Source: Squalus acanthias (Eukaryota). Taken from it: a DNA stretch of 64,000 bases. Under the pieces are notes generated by a model. The model saw nothing but the letters and a program-made list of their open reading frames with translations, was not told where the DNA came from and did no database searches. The stretch is from NCBI GenBank assembly GCA_030390025.1, contig CM059432.1:84198001-84262000 (forward strand), read 5' to 3'. The position numbers were made by a program, and so were the translations under genes. Positions 12,816 through 26,147 of this stretch are shown here, one piece after another; position 1 is the stretch's first letter; every line of letters begins with the position of its first letter.

Positions 12816-12940
12816 TGTAATTTATTATCACATGGTTTAGTATGAGCATGCTCAGTTTGCTCTGGCCTAATAAAGCAAGCACATGGACTAGCAATTCATT
12901 GTGTCTCTGTCCTTCATTTGTTCTACCTACATATATTACA
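12816..12940 (+). repeat. 5' LTR (125 bp) of Gypsy-1
   Basis: TGTAAT...ATTACA termini, internal AATAAA, followed by a PBS; 7 differences from the rc of 44097-44221. Confidence 0.93.
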
Positions 12941-12943
12941 TTT

Positions 12944-12961
12944 TGGCAACGAGGATGGGAT
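12944..12961 (+). promoter_or_regulatory. Primer-binding site complementary to tRNA-Ser(GCT)
   Basis: TGGCAACGAGGATGGGAT vs expected TGGCGACGAGGATGGGAT (17/18, using the vertebrate tRNA-Ser-GCT 3' end from memory). Confidence 0.85.
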
Positions 12962-13195
12962 CCCAAAGCCATTTTTAGGTATCATGAAAGGACACGGTAT
13001 TCAACCTTTGAGTGGACAAGTTTAAGGTGAATTTGTGACACCTAAACTGAATTTTTGCAATGTTTTACCGTTAATGCTCGTGCAGAATTGTCTGTGTTTC
13101 GCCTTCGTGTGTATGTATACACAGCAACGGGGCGTTGATTCTCACATGTACACAGGTAGCATGCTGAGTCACTGTTCAACGGGATCGGGACAATC

Positions 13196-15160
13196 ATGGC
13201 CGCGCCTACGGGATTCATCGGAAGCCTCAGCGTGTATGACCGAGATTGCAAACCATTCAGTTCTTACATTGAGCGGATGGAGATGTTTTTTAGGGCCAAT
13301 AACATTATTGAGACCGAAGGTGCAGATGAGAATATTCAAGCTCAAAATGAAGTAATTTGTGAATGAAAAAAGGCAATTTTTTCAATGGAGATCGGACTAG
13401 ATGTCTACGGAATGTTGACAAACCTACTCGTGCCAGGGAAAGCGAAGGATGCATCGTTTGAAGACATTGTTGAGAAACTCAAGGACCATTTCGACCCAAA
13501 GCCATTAGAAGTAGCAGACAGCTATAAGTTTGGTACCAGAAACCAAAAACAAAGTGAAACCATCACCATCAGTGAGTACATTGTAGCTCTTAAGAACCTG
13601 TCTTTACATTGTAACTTCGGCATGTTTTTGGATTGGGCGTTGCGAGATAAGTTTGTGTGTGGACTGGTGGATGAGCGCACACAGTCCAAGTTACTGAACA
13701 CTCCAAACCTAACGCTTGATATAGCATGCAAAATTGCCCAACTATGGAGATGGCGTCTAAGAATGCTAGGGAGTTCTGTCCAGCTCAAGAGACTAGTGCA
13801 GCTGCGGACTACAGTCACAAAGCCACCGCCAAACCTAAAGCTGTGAGACCGAGTGAGACCGGTGAGAGCAGTTCAGTGAACTGTTATCGCTGCAATGGAA
13901 GTCACTCACCACAGTCCTGCCAATACAGAAATGTGAAGTGTTTTCACTGCCAGAAGCAAAGCCATATTTCCACAACTTGCAGAGCTGGATCTAAAGCAGT
14001 AAGTAAGAACCATTCTAGTGGCAATGCAAAGCAGTGACAACAAAAGGGAGGAGTTCACAATATTGAAGTGAACACGCCTGATATTGAAGAACTAGGCATC
14101 TACAGTATTTATTTCACCAGCGGCAATGCCAGCAATCGTGAGAAAGACTTCCATACAAAACTTTTGATCAACGAGCAATGTATTGATATGTGTATCGACA
14201 CGGCAGCGGACTGGTCTATCATGAGTAAGGACACATAGGAGAGTAAGTTTAATCAAGTAACACTTACAAAGAGTACTGTAGAGTTAAAAACCTACTCCGG
14301 AGAAATCCTAGAGACATGTGGACAAATGGAATGTACAGTTCAACACAATGGTCAGTCAGTAAAGCTGCCTACTATTGTAGCGAGCTACAATAGGCCAACT
14401 CTCATGGGCAAAGACTACTTGAGTAAGTTAAAATTAGACTGGAAAAAACGCCTTCAGTGCAGATGATTCAAAGAAGTGACTCGACACAATGCTGAACTAG
14501 TACGAAAGCATGTTCACAGACAGTTATGAGGGTATCACTGGGTATGACGCACATATCTGCAACAAGTCCAACGTGAAGCCTGTCTATTATAAGGCAAGGC
14601 CGGTCCCCTATATGTTGAAAAGTCAGGTGGAGGAAGAGCTAGCGAAGCTTAGAGAGAACAGAGTGCTCGTAAAAACTGACAAAAGTGAATGGGTTACCTC
14701 GATCATGGTAGTGCCCAAAGCAGACAAAACTGTATGCTTGTGCGGTGACTACAAAGTTACTCTCAACCAAGCAGTTGACGTTGAGCAGTACCCGTTACCT
14801 ACATCGCAAGATTTGTATGCAGCACTTTCTAGGTCAAAGGTTTTCTCCAAGCTTGACCTGTCACAGGCTTACGCTCAGCTGAATGTTGACAAAGAGAGTC
14901 AACAGTATCTCACCATCAACACACACAAGGGACTGTACTCATACACCAAGCTGCCGTACGGTGTAAAGTCCTCCCCCAAAATCATCCCGGCTGCAATGGA
15001 TAAGATTTTGCAAGGAGTTCCAAATTGCTTCTGCAATCAAGACGATGTGCTGATCGCAACAAGCAGTGAGGGAGAAAATCTAGAAGTGTTAGATATAGTG
15101 CTTCAAAGGTTGAATGCCCACCATGTCAAATTGAAAAGGAGCAAATGTGCTTTTGCCCAA
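13196..15160 (+). pseudogene. gag-pol: Gypsy (Mag-like) gag-protease-RT, frameshifted and truncated before RNase H
   Basis: MAAPTGFIG start; LRDKFVCGL; two Zn knuckles (CYRCNGSHSPQSC, CFHCQKQSHISTTC); protease CIDTAADWS; RT LCGDYKVTLN, FSKLDLSQAY, LPYGVKSSP, QDDVLI. Confidence 0.92.
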
Positions 15161-16061
15161 TCACTTGCCCAAAACCTTAAATCTGTGTCCCCTAGTCCTT
15201 GTACCATCAACTAGTGGGAACAGCCTTTCCCCGGCTAGCCTATCCAAACCCGTCATAATCTTGTACAGCTCTATCAAATCACCCCTCAACCTCCTTTGCT
15301 CTAATGAAAACAAATCCAGCTTCTCCAACCTGTCCTTGTAGCTAAGATCCCCCATCCCCGGAACCATTCTGGTAAATCTCCTCTGCACCCTCTCAAGGGC
15401 CTTCACATCCTTCCTAAAGTGTGGTGACCAGAACTGGATGCAATACTCCAGTTGTGGCCTAACCAGCGCTTTATAAAGGTTCAGCATAACTTCTCTATTT
15501 TTGTACTCAATACCTCTTTTTATGAAGCCCAAGATCCCATATGCTTTGTTAACCACCCTCTCAATATGTCCTGCCAACTTCAGGGACCTATGCACATTAA
15601 CTCTCAGGTCCCACTGTCCCTGCACACTCTTTAAAACTGTGCCATTAAGTGTATATTGCCTCTCCCTGTTCCTTCTGCCAAAATGCATCACCTCACACTT
15701 CCCTGTATTAAATTCAATCTGCCACTTGTCTGCCCATTCTGCTAGCCTTTCTATGTCCTGTTGCAGTCGATTGGTATCATCGGCAAATTTAGAAATTCTA
15801 CTCTGTTTTCCAATATCCAGGTCATTTATATATATCAAAAAAAGCAGTGGCCCCAGCACTGACCCTTGGGGAACACTACTGTCTACCATCCTCCTTCTGA
15901 AAAACAGCCATTTACCACAACTCGCTGTTTTCTGTCCTTAAGCCAATTCCTTATCCAAGCTGCCACTGACCCACCTATTCCATGAGCCTCAATTTTGTAA
16001 CCAGCCTTCTATGTGGTACTTTGTCAAACGCCTTCCAAAAATCCATGAAGACAACGTCCAT
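15161..16061 (-). mobile_element. CR1-A, 3' part of ORF2; its 5' part is at 44530-48208 on the opposite strand
   Basis: RT motifs VPQGSVLGP and KFADDT; begins at (M)DVVFMDF where the 44530-48208 copy stops (DEGNAMD). Confidence 0.9.
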
Positions 16062-19000
16062 AGACATAGAAACATAGAAAAATAGGAGCAGGAGGAGATC
16101 ATTTGGCCCTTCGAGCCTGCTCCGCCATTCAATATGATCATGGCTGATCCTCTATCTCAATACCATATTCCCGCTCTCCCCATACCCCTTGATGCCTTTT
16201 GTGTCTAGAAATTTATCTATCTCCTTCTTAAATATATTCAGTGACTTGGCCTCCACAGCTCTCTGTGGTAGAGAATTCCACAGATTCACCACCCTCTGAG
16301 TGAAGAAATTTCTCCTCATCTCAGTCCTAAATGTCCTACCCCGTATCCTGAGATTGTGACCCCTCGTTATAGACCCCCGAGCCAGGGGAAACATCCTCCC
16401 TGCATCCAGTCTGTCTAGCCCTGTCAGAATTTTATACGTTTCAATGAGATCCCCTTTCATTCTTCTAAACTCTAGTGAATACAGGCCTAGTCGACCCAAT
16501 CTCTCCTCATACGACAGTCCTGCCATCCCAGGAATCAGTCTGGTGAACCTTCGTTGCACTCCCACTCTGGCAAGTATATCCTTTCTTAGGTAAGGAGCAC
16601 AAAACTGCACACAGTACTCCAGGTGTGGTCTCACCAAGGCCCTGTATAACTGTAGTAAGACATCTTTGCTCCTGTACTCAAATCCTCTTGCAATGAAGGC
16701 CAACATACCATTTGCCTTGCTATCTACTTGCTGCACCTGCATGTTTGCTTTCAGTGACTGGTGTACAAGGACACCCAGGTCCCTTTGTACATCAACATTT
16801 CCCAATCTATCACCATTTAAATAATACTCTGCCTTTCTGTTTTTCCTACCGAAGTGGATAACTTCACATTTATCCACATTATACTGCATCTGCCATGTAT
16901 TTGCCCACTCACTCAACTTGTCTAAATCGTCTTGAAGCCTCTTTGCATCCTCCTCACAACTCACAATCCCACCTAGTTTTGTGTCATCAGCAAACTTGGA
17001 AATATTATATTTGGTTCCCTCATCCAAATCATTGATATATATTGTGAATAGCTGGGGCCCAAGCACTGATCCCTGCGGTACCCCCCTAGTCACCGCCTGC
17101 CACCTCGAAAAAGACCCATTTATTCCTACTCTCTGTTTCCTGTCTGTTAACCAATTTTCAATCCATGCCAGTATATTACCCCCAATCCCATGTGCTTTAA
17201 TTTTGCACACTAACCTCTTATGTGGGACTTTATCAAAGGCCTTCTGAAAAACCAAATACACCACATCCACTGGTTTCCCCTTAACTATTCAACCAGTTAC
17301 ATCCTCAAAATCTCCAGTAGGTTTGTCAAACACGATTTCCCTTCCAGAAATCCATGTTGACTTTGTCTAATCCCGTTGATATTTTCTAAGTGTCCTGTTA
17401 TCACACCCTTTATAATAGACTCTAGCATTTTCCCTACTACTGATGTTAGGCTAACCGGTCTGTAGTTCCCTGTTTTCTCTCTCCCTCCTTTTTTAAATAG
17501 TGGTGTTACATTTGCCACCTTCCAATCTGCAGGAACTGTTCCATAATCTACGGAATTTTGGAGATGACAACCAATGCATCCACTATTTCCAAGCTTACCT
17601 CTTTTAGTACTCTGGGATTCAGACTATCAGGCCCTGGGGATTTATCAGCTTTCAGTCCCATTAATTTCTCCAGCAATTTTTTTACTAATACTAATTTCCT
17701 TTAATTCCTCCTTCTCACTTGACCCTTGGTTCCCTAGCATTTCTGGGAAGTTATTTGTGTCCTCTTCCGTGAAGACAGATCCAAAGCATTTGTTTAATTT
17801 CTCTGCCATTTCCTTGTTCCCCATTATAAATTCTTTCATTTCTGACTGTAAGGGACCTACATTTGTCTTCACTAATCTTCTTCTTTTTACATACTTGTAG
17901 AAGCTTTTACAATCCGCTTTTATGTTCCTTGCAAGTTTACTCTCATACTCTATTTTCCCCCTCTTAATCAATCTCTTGGTCCTTTTTTGCTGAACTCTAA
18001 ACTGCTCCCAATCCTCAGGCTTGCTACTTTTTCTGGCAACTTTATATGACTCTTCTTTGGATCTAATACTATCCTTTATTTATTTTGTTAGCCACGGTTG
18101 GGCCGCTTTTCCTTTTGTGTTTTTGCGCCAGAAAGGAATGTATAACTGTTGCAATTCATGTATTCATTCCTTAAATGTTAGCCATTGCCTATCCACCATC
18201 ATGCCTTTTAATGAAGCTCCCCAATCTATCATCGCCAACTCACTCCTCATACCTTCGTAGTTTCCTTTGTTTAGATTTAGGACCCTAGTTTCGGATTGGA
18301 CTTCTTCACTTTCCATCTTAAAGAACAATTCTATCATGTTATGGTCACTCTTCCCTAAAGGACCCCGCACAAAAAGATTATTAATTAACCCCTTCTCATT
18401 GCACAATACCCAATCTAGGATAGCGTGTTCCCTAGTTGGCTCCTTAATGTACTGGTCTAAAAAACCATCTCGTACACACTCCAGGAATTCATCCTCCACA
18501 GTATTATTGCTTATTTGGTTTGGCCAGTCTATATGTAGATTAAAGTCACCCATGATTACTGTCGTACCCTTGTTACATGCATCTCTAATTTCCTGTTTGA
18601 TGCTGTCCCCTACATTACCACTACTGTTTGGAGGCCTATAGACAACTCCCACCAATGTTTTCTGCCCCTTGGTGCTTCTTAGCTCCACCCAGACTGATTT
18701 TACATCTTTATTTTCTGAGCCAATATCCTTTCTCACTATTACTCTGATTTCATCCTTTACTAATAACGCCACCCCGCCTCCTTTTCCTTTTTGCCTGTAT
18801 CCGTAATCGCAATTATATCGTATCCGTTTACATCTATTTGCGCTGTTAATTCGTCTACCTTATTACGAATGCTTCGTGCATTCAGATACAGTGCCTTTAG
18901 ATTTGTCTTTTTAACATTTTTAGACATCTTAACATTTTTTTGTACTATGGCCCTATTTCTCTTATTACTATTTTTTCTTACCCGGACCCTATTGTTAGTG

Positions 19001-19260
19001 CACTCTTGTTTGTACGCTCTGTTCCTGACACAATCTGGTTATCCTTACCCCGATCACTTTCCTACACTGCTTCCTTATCCCTTCTCTTTAGCATTCTCGA
19101 GTTCTCTCCACTGGGACCCTCCCCCCCACCCCGCCCCGATTTAGTTTAAAGCCCTATCTACCACCCTAGTTATTCGATTCGCTAGAACTCTGGTCCCAGC
19201 ATGGTTCAGGTGTAGTCCGTCCCAAAGGAACAGCTCTCTCTGTCCCCAATACCGGTGCCA
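16062..19260 (-). mobile_element. CR1-B: ORF1 end, APE endonuclease, RT, (tttctatg)n tail
   Basis: 372-aa RT ORF 16152..17270; endonuclease motifs VGVVYRPP, IMGDFN, SDHN in 18164..18772; ORF1 esterase end DGLHLN. Confidence 0.95.
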
Positions 19261-19261
19261 G

Positions 19262-20475
19262 TGCTGGTGCTGGAGGGAGTGAATGTTTAAGGTGGTGGAT
19301 GGGGTGCCAGTCAAACAGGCTGCTTTGTCCTGGATGGTGTCGAGCTTCTTGAGTGTTGTTGCAGCTGCACTCATCCAGGCAAGTGGTGAGTATTACATCA
19401 CACTCCTTACTTGTGCCTTGTAGATGGTGGAAAGGCTTTGGGGAGTCAGAAGGTGAGACACTCGCCGCAGAATACCTAGCCTCTGACCTGCTCTTGTTGC
19501 CACAGTATTTATGTGGCTGGTCCAGTTAAGTTTCTGGTCAATGGTGACCCTCAGGATGTTGATATTGGGGGATTCGGCGATGGTAATGCCGTTGAATGTC
19601 AAGGGGAGGTGGTTAGACTCTCGCTTGTTGGAGATAGTCATTGCCTGGCACTTCTGTGGTGAGAATGTTACCTGCCACTCGTCGTCCAGGTCTTGTTGCA
19701 TGCGGGCATGGACTGCTTCATTATCTGAGGAGTTGTGAATGGCGCTGAACAGTGTGCAGTCATCAGCGAACATCCCCATTTCTGACCTTATGTTGGAGGG
19801 AAGGTCATTAATGAAGCAGCTGAAGATGGTTGGGCCTAGGACACTGCAATGAGGAACTCCTGCAGTGCTGTCCTGTGGCTGTGATGATTGACCTGCAACC
19901 ACCACAACTATCTTCCTTTGTGCTAGGTATGACTCCAGCCAGTGAAGCATTTTCCCCCTGATTCCCATTGACTTCAGTTTTACTAGGGCTCCTTGATGCC
20001 ACACTTGGTCAAATGTTGCCTTGATGTCAAGGGCAGTCACTCTCACCTCACCTCTGGAATTCAGCTCCTTTGTCCATGTTTGGACCAAGGCTGTAATGAG
20101 GTCGGGAGCCCAGTGGTCTTGGCGGAACCCAAACTGGGCATCAGTGAGCAGGTTATTGGTGAGTAAGTGCCGCTTGATAGCAATGTCGATGACACTTTCC
20201 ATCACTTTGCTGATGATTGAGAGTAGACTGATGGGGCGGTACTTGACAGAGTTGGATTTGTCCTGCTTTTTGTGGACAGGATATACCTGGGCAGTTTTCC
20301 ACATTGTCAGATAGATGCCAGTGTTGTAGCTGTACTGGAACAGCTTTGCCAGAGGCACGGCTAGTTTGGGAGCACAAGTCTTCAGCACGATAACCGGGAT
20401 GGTGTCGGGGCCCATAGCCTTTGCTGTATCCAGTGCGCTCAGCCGTTTCTTGATATCACGTGGAGTGAATCAGAT
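19262..20475 (-). mobile_element. Second LINE family (CR1/L2 group), RT fragment inserted in CR1-B
   Basis: 340-aa ORF with GPDTIP, YRPISLLS, QFGFR, LDIKATFD, FADDC. Confidence 0.9.
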
Positions 20476-21118
20476 TAATTAAATTAATTAAATTAAGTTT
20501 CGTTTTTAAAATTTAGTTATATGCTGTATGTTAACTTAAAAAACTTAGCCCACAGTCACTGCCAATCACTTACCTGCCTTACCTGTGACGTCACACAGCA
20601 GTTTTTTGTTGTTGTTGCAGGTCTGCTGCTGCTTTTAACCCCACTCTCGGGCTTCGGTCTGCTCCCACTCAGGTCCGCCGCCGCTCTGTGGGAGAAGTTA
20701 GGAAAAGCAAGGCAAAGCAGCACCTCCTTCCCCCACTTCACCGAACTCCCACACTTACCAAACTCCAAGTTGTTCACTCTGTGCCCGCTGCACTCACAGG
20801 CCCCTGTATTTATTCTGTTTGTAACTCAGGTGAGTCAGCACTGCTCTGCTATTGTTTCAGGAACCAGTTTAATCTGGCTAGCTAATTAACTAACTACAGC
20901 TACTCTCCAGTAGGAGAGCTTGCTTGTTTGTCTCTGCTTAAGCCTGAAAGAAACTTTAAAATTTTAAGTTTAAAATTTAACTTAAACAGTTTCTCTTATT
21001 TAAGAGCTACTAGCAATTAACACTGGATTTTAAAAGAGATTAACCCTTAAAAGGGATTAACCCTTAAAACTCCCACACTTACCAAACTCCAAGTTGTTCA
21101 CTCTGTGCCCGCTGCACT
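20476..21118 (-). mobile_element. Probable CR1-B 5'UTR with a duplicated ~51-bp terminal unit
   Basis: Lies upstream of CR1-B ORF1; identical segment at ~20744-20794 and ~21068-21118; abuts the broken Harbinger-2 transposase. Confidence 0.55.
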
Positions 21119-22155
21119 TATCAGAGCACTTATTCTACCTCCAATTAAGTGAGGAGCAGTGTATTAGAAGGCGCCGCTTCAGCAAGGAGGTGGTCACAGA
21201 ACTCTGCCACCTCCTGCAACCAGACCTTGAGCCTCAGATCAGGACAACCACAGCTCTCTCAGTGGCAGCCAAGGTCACCGTCGCCCTCAATTTCTTCGCC
21301 AGCGGATCCTTCCAGTTTGCAACAGGAGATATAGCTAACATCTTGCAGTTTGCTATCCATCGCTGCATCTGGGAAGTCACAGAGGCTCTCTACAGTAGAA
21401 GAAGGGACTACATTTCCTTCCCCATCACCAGAGAGAAGGAAGACGAATGTGCATGTGGCTTTGCCAGGATAGCGGACTTCCCCATGGTGCAGGGTGCCAT
21501 TGACGGCACCCACGTGGCTTTGCGGGCACTGCATAACAATCCTGAGATCTTCTGTAATCACAAAAGCTGCCACTCACTTAATATGCAGTTGGTGTGCGAC
21601 CACAGACAGCGAATCCTCAATGTGAATGCCCGCTATCCTGGCAGCAGCCATGATGCCTTCATCCTGCGCCAGACCGGTGTGCCAGCACTCTTCCAGCCAC
21701 CACATCAAACTCGTGGCTGGCTGGTCGGAGACAAGAGCTATCCACTCTCCACCTGGCTCATGACACCCCTCCGCAACCCCAACACTCCTGCCCAGCACTC
21801 ATATAATGAGAGCCATGCTGCCATCAGGAACATCATCAAGCAGACCATTGGGGTGATCAAGCAATGGTTCCACTGCCTTGACCGATCGGGAGGAGCCCTC
21901 CAGTACTCGGTTGAGCGGGTGTCCCATTTCGTCGTGGTCTGCTGCATGCTCCACAAGTAGGCCATAATGAGGGCCCAGCCCTTGCCACCAGGGATTGCGG
22001 GACTACCTCAGGAGGAGGAAGAGGGAGAGGAGGAGGAGAAGGCAGATGAGGAGGAGGCAGAGGAGGAGGAACAGGAGCAAGGGAGGAGGCAGCCACTCAA
22101 TCTGCCTTCCGGAAGGGCAGTCCATGACTGTCTCATCAGAATGTGGTTCCAATAA
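21119..22155 (+). pseudogene. HARBI1-like transposase, N-terminus lost
   Basis: Open frame of about 280 codons: GAIDGTHV, YPGSSHDAFIL, VGDKSYP; the third catalytic Glu reads Lys (RNIIKQTIG); premature stop at 21960. Confidence 0.92.
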
Positions 22156-22369
22156 ATTAAATCCCAGATCCCTGTTGCTCACCACATCCCCATCATTCCA
22201 TCCCTGTTGCAGGCCATATCACAGTGCAAAGCTGAAATGAGAGACACCACAAAATCATCCAAAGCCAATTAATAAATTTATCAATAATCAGTGAACACAT
22301 ATTTACAGCAACATTATTACCTATTCACCCGTGTGCAATCCCTTAGTGCCTCTCATTACTGTGCCTTTG

Positions 22370-24222
22370 CCTACTCTAGTGCTCCTACAAAGTGTTGGCC
22401 CAGTGGCTGCAGCACGGCTGGTGGAAGGCTGCTTAGTGTCCATGCGGGAGACTTCAGATGGCCTTGCAGGATGACCTCAACCAGCTCTGGGCCTGGAAGA
22501 CCCGGCTGTAGACTGCACCACCTCAGCATGGGCGGCAGCTGTCTGGGCTGGCTGGATGACAGGTAGCAACAAGGACAATGGCAGAGTGCCAGTGGTAGGA
22601 GCAGGAATGCTGTCATCCTGACAGAGGACAGCAGCTTCCTGCTCCACGGACCCACTGCCACTCCCCTGGGGCAGCAGCTCAGCACCCCTAGCAATCTGTT
22701 GCAGCACAGATTGCTAGCCTGCTGCGACACCGTGAAAGCCCTGGTCGACGGTGGTAGACCCAGCCACGATGGCAGCAGTCAGAGCTTGTGTTGCATCAAG
22801 CTGCGACTGCGTGAGAACAGTCTGAGATTGAATGCCACCAAGCATAGACTGCATTACAGCACTAAGACGTTGCATCTCTTCCATCTGTGCTGCAATGGAA
22901 GCTGCCAGATCGCCCATCACACGCGGCATCAGGTCTGGGTCGCCACGGTCTCTCTGGGAGTCTATCATCCTTTGCAGACTGGAAATGATGGGCTCCATGG
23001 TATGCGCAGAGCTCTGTGCAATGTTGGAGGCGGACTCCTCCACACTCCTTACCATTGCCGAGAGGCTGTTGGCCACCCTTGCCATTGCACCTATCATCTC
23101 CATGTGCATGCCTATCACCCTTCTTCTAAAGGCCTCCTGATCGAGGTCCTCATCTGAGTCCTGTGCAGCAGAACTCATGCACGAACTTGCCCTTCGGGGA
23201 GCTGGCTCCCGATCTACCCTTTCCCCCTGGCCTTGCTGCAGCTGACTCGTTCCCGGTGCATCACCCTGTGCAGATCCCGCTACTATACTAGCCTCTAAAG
23301 AACATGTAGTGCCAGCATCTGAGCTGGTGCCTGCGGGTGAGACATGTAGTGATGCGGTGTGTTCCTCCTCCGCTTTTCCCGCCTCACTCTCAACGGTGCC
23401 CTCAGGGACAGGCTGCTCAGGTGTTTCCTCATCATGTGAAAGCATAAAGACACAAGATTCGGGTTAAGGTGAGGGGAGGGGGCAGGAAGGGAGAAATGCA
23501 TGCATACAGCATGATTAGCTGGAAAGTGAGAAACACTTGTGGAGTGAGGGGGAAGTGGGATGTGAGAAGAAGGAGTAGGGATGAACATACTGTTGTTGTC
23601 CCCAAGGGGGTCAATGTCACTGGTGGCCACGGCGCCCACCACCTGGTGCCCAATAATGTACAGCACTCGAGTCTCCAGCTCAGACAGTGGTTGGGTGTCA
23701 GCTTGTCCCCCGTCTGTGCGCACCTGCTCCCTCCTGTTGTGAGCCACCTTGGCCTACAAGAGAAAGGAAAGTGTGTGAGTGAGTGTGGAGCAATGTGTCT
23801 GGGTGATGTGCCTGCCATAGTTGAATAGCTGTGATTGTGTGAAAGGTGTGAGATGTGGGTGTGAGTGTTGTTACATAGAGATTGTTGGCGTGTGACTGCT
23901 GGGGGTGTGGTGCTTTGGGCAGTGTGTGCAGACTGAGGTTCAGATGGTGGCATGTAGCATTTGTTGAAGCATTGATTCACCCTGACCACCCAAGTGAGGT
24001 CATTAAATTTCTTCCTGCACTGTGTGTGGGTCCTGGGGACCACAGTGCTACCCGAGATGTGCAGGGCTACCTCCCTCCACATGGTGCGGAAGACTTGCGG
24101 CGAGGGTCTCCTGCTACTTGTGGGTAGAGCACCGCCCTCCGTCTCTCCACAGCGAACACCAACGCCTCCAATGCATGATTGCAGAATCTGCGGGCTCTCT
24201 CCCTGGGGTGTGGATCTGCCAT
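22370..24222 (-). pseudogene. Harbinger-2 Myb/SANT gene, 3 exons
   Basis: MADPHPRERARRF..ALEALV..VERRRAVLYP; WREVA..QCRKKFNDL; donor at 23980, acceptor at 23753 (KVAHNRREQVRTDGG), donor at 23590. Confidence 0.85.
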
Positions 24223-24522
24223 CATTACGGCTGTTTGAGTCGTCCGGCTCCTTCTTCTTGACCAGCTGCTGCTGGCTGAGACGGCTGCACAGCCAGCAAT
24301 GATGAGAATGAGGTTCTGCAGCATGATTGAACCTCCCCTTTAAGAACTGGAAAGAGCCTGTGGCAATGATGACTTGTGATTTGACTGCACCTGATATTGG
24401 TCAGCATTTTGAGTTTAACACCACTGAGCTAGGCCATTAGCACTTGATTTAGCACTCCAATCTTTTCTTTGCGCAGTGAGACTTAATTTTGCATGCAATC
24501 TGAAGCATTAGCACCTGGCGCT

Positions 24523-24738
24523 TGACGTAATAAAGACTCACTACGCACTTGAACATAAAGCAAGGCTTTAATCAACTTGTAACAAAACATGGAGGTCCAG
24601 TTAGCAGTCACTAGCTTCCTGTTTCCAGATTGTCTCTCCCCAAGGTGGGCCCATGCCTGAGTATTTATACTCCCTGGACGGCGCCCCCAGCTGGCCGCCC
24701 AGTAGTACTTCCTGAGTTGTTACTTGCGATTTATGACA
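24523..24738 (-). mobile_element. Solo LTR (216 bp)
   Basis: TG...CA termini; perfect 5-bp TSD GCGCT; TATAAATA and ATTAAA on the minus strand. Confidence 0.85.
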
Positions 24739-24802
24739 GCGCTAATTCTCAAACTTTTCAAAAGTTACCGCCCATTCCTGGGCTATATTGAATTTCTCCC
24801 TG

Positions 24803-25550
24803 TTTATTTATAATGCCCAGGATCCCATATGCTTTATTAACTGTTTTATTAACCTGTCCTGCAACCTTCAAAGATTTGTGCACAAGTACCCCCAAGTCTC
24901 TCGGTTCTTGCACCCACTTTAAAATTGTACCATTTAGTATGTATGGTCTCTCCTCATTCTTCCTACCGAAGTGTATCACCTCACACTGCTCTGCATTGTA
25001 TTTCATCTGCCATGTGTCTGTCCATTGCACCAGCCTGTCTATGTCTTCCTGAAGTCTATTACTATCTTGCTCACTGTTTACTACACTTCCAAGCTTCGTG
25101 TCATCTGCAAATTTCAAAATTATGCCCTGTACTCCCAAATCCAAGTCATTAACGTATATCAAAAACAGCAGTGGTCCTAGTACTGAACCTTGGGAACACC
25201 ACTGTATATCTCCTTCCAGTCCGAAGAACACTCATTCACCACAAGTCTCTGTTTTCTATCCCTTAGCCAATTTTGTATCCATGCTGCTACTGCCCCTTTT
25301 ATCTCATGGGCTTCAATTTTGCTAACAAGCCTACTATGTGGTACTTTATCAAACACCTTTTGATTGTCCATATACATAACATCAACTGCACTGCCCTCAT
25401 CCACCCTCTCCTTTACCTCATCAAAAAACTCAATCAAGTTAGCCAAACATGATTAGCCCTTAACAAATCCATGCTGGCTCTCCTTTATTAATCCATGCTT
25501 GTCCAAGTGGCTGTTCATTTTCTCCTGGATTATTGTTTCTGAAAGTTTCT
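24803..25550 (-). mobile_element. CR1 RT fragment
   Basis: NLIEFFDEV, FDKVPH, QGSVLGP, KFADDTK. Confidence 0.9.
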
Positions 25551-25560
25551 AAAAGACATA

Positions 25561-26147
25561 AGCCACTAAATTTGGCTCCATAGTGCCCGGTTTTTCGGCA
25601 TTATGGGTGCCGATTCGGGCCAGGGAGCGTGCGCATACTTCTGGTTCAGGCCGTGCCGGACGTCATTTTGGTGAGGTCGTTAGTGCGGGCGCTGGGAGCG
25701 TGCGCCGAAGTATGCAGAATATGCAGATCGTGACGTCAATCAGCATGCAACACTGATTTGATGCCAGCGCTGCCATTTTAAACTTCAACGCTGGAGCTAA
25801 CGCCCTCTCTTAACCTCACACAGCTGAACATGTGTCCAGCAGCAAGAAGGACCCCCCACCAGCGCTATTTAAAGGGATCATCACCTGCTTTTAGGTTAGT
25901 TGCGGAGTGATTTCTACTGGCTCTTGGTGAGTTTGTAGAGTAATTTCTTGGTTTGGTGTCTTATTCGAAGTTGCTGCAGTGTCCAGGGAGTGGTGTGGCA
26001 TGTTCACCTCTGAACTGCTCCCTTCACGAGACTGGAAGTTCCGGTTTCCCGCGCATGCGCAGTGCATGCAGGAAACCGGCACTTCAGGAGGCCTTACGGG
26101 TGAGTACACAGTGCGTACTCACCCGGCAAGTGCCAAATTTATGGCCC
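25561..26147 (+). mobile_element. Harbinger MITE
   Basis: AGCCACTAAATTTGGC vs (rc) GGGCCATAAATTTGGC; body homologous to the left arms at 37240-37580 and 61800-62170. Confidence 0.75.

Larger units (their letters stand above)
21119..24802 (+). mobile_element. Harbinger-2, left end missing
   Basis: Convergent transposase and Myb genes; right TIR TTGAATTTCTCCC near 24800. Confidence 0.9.
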
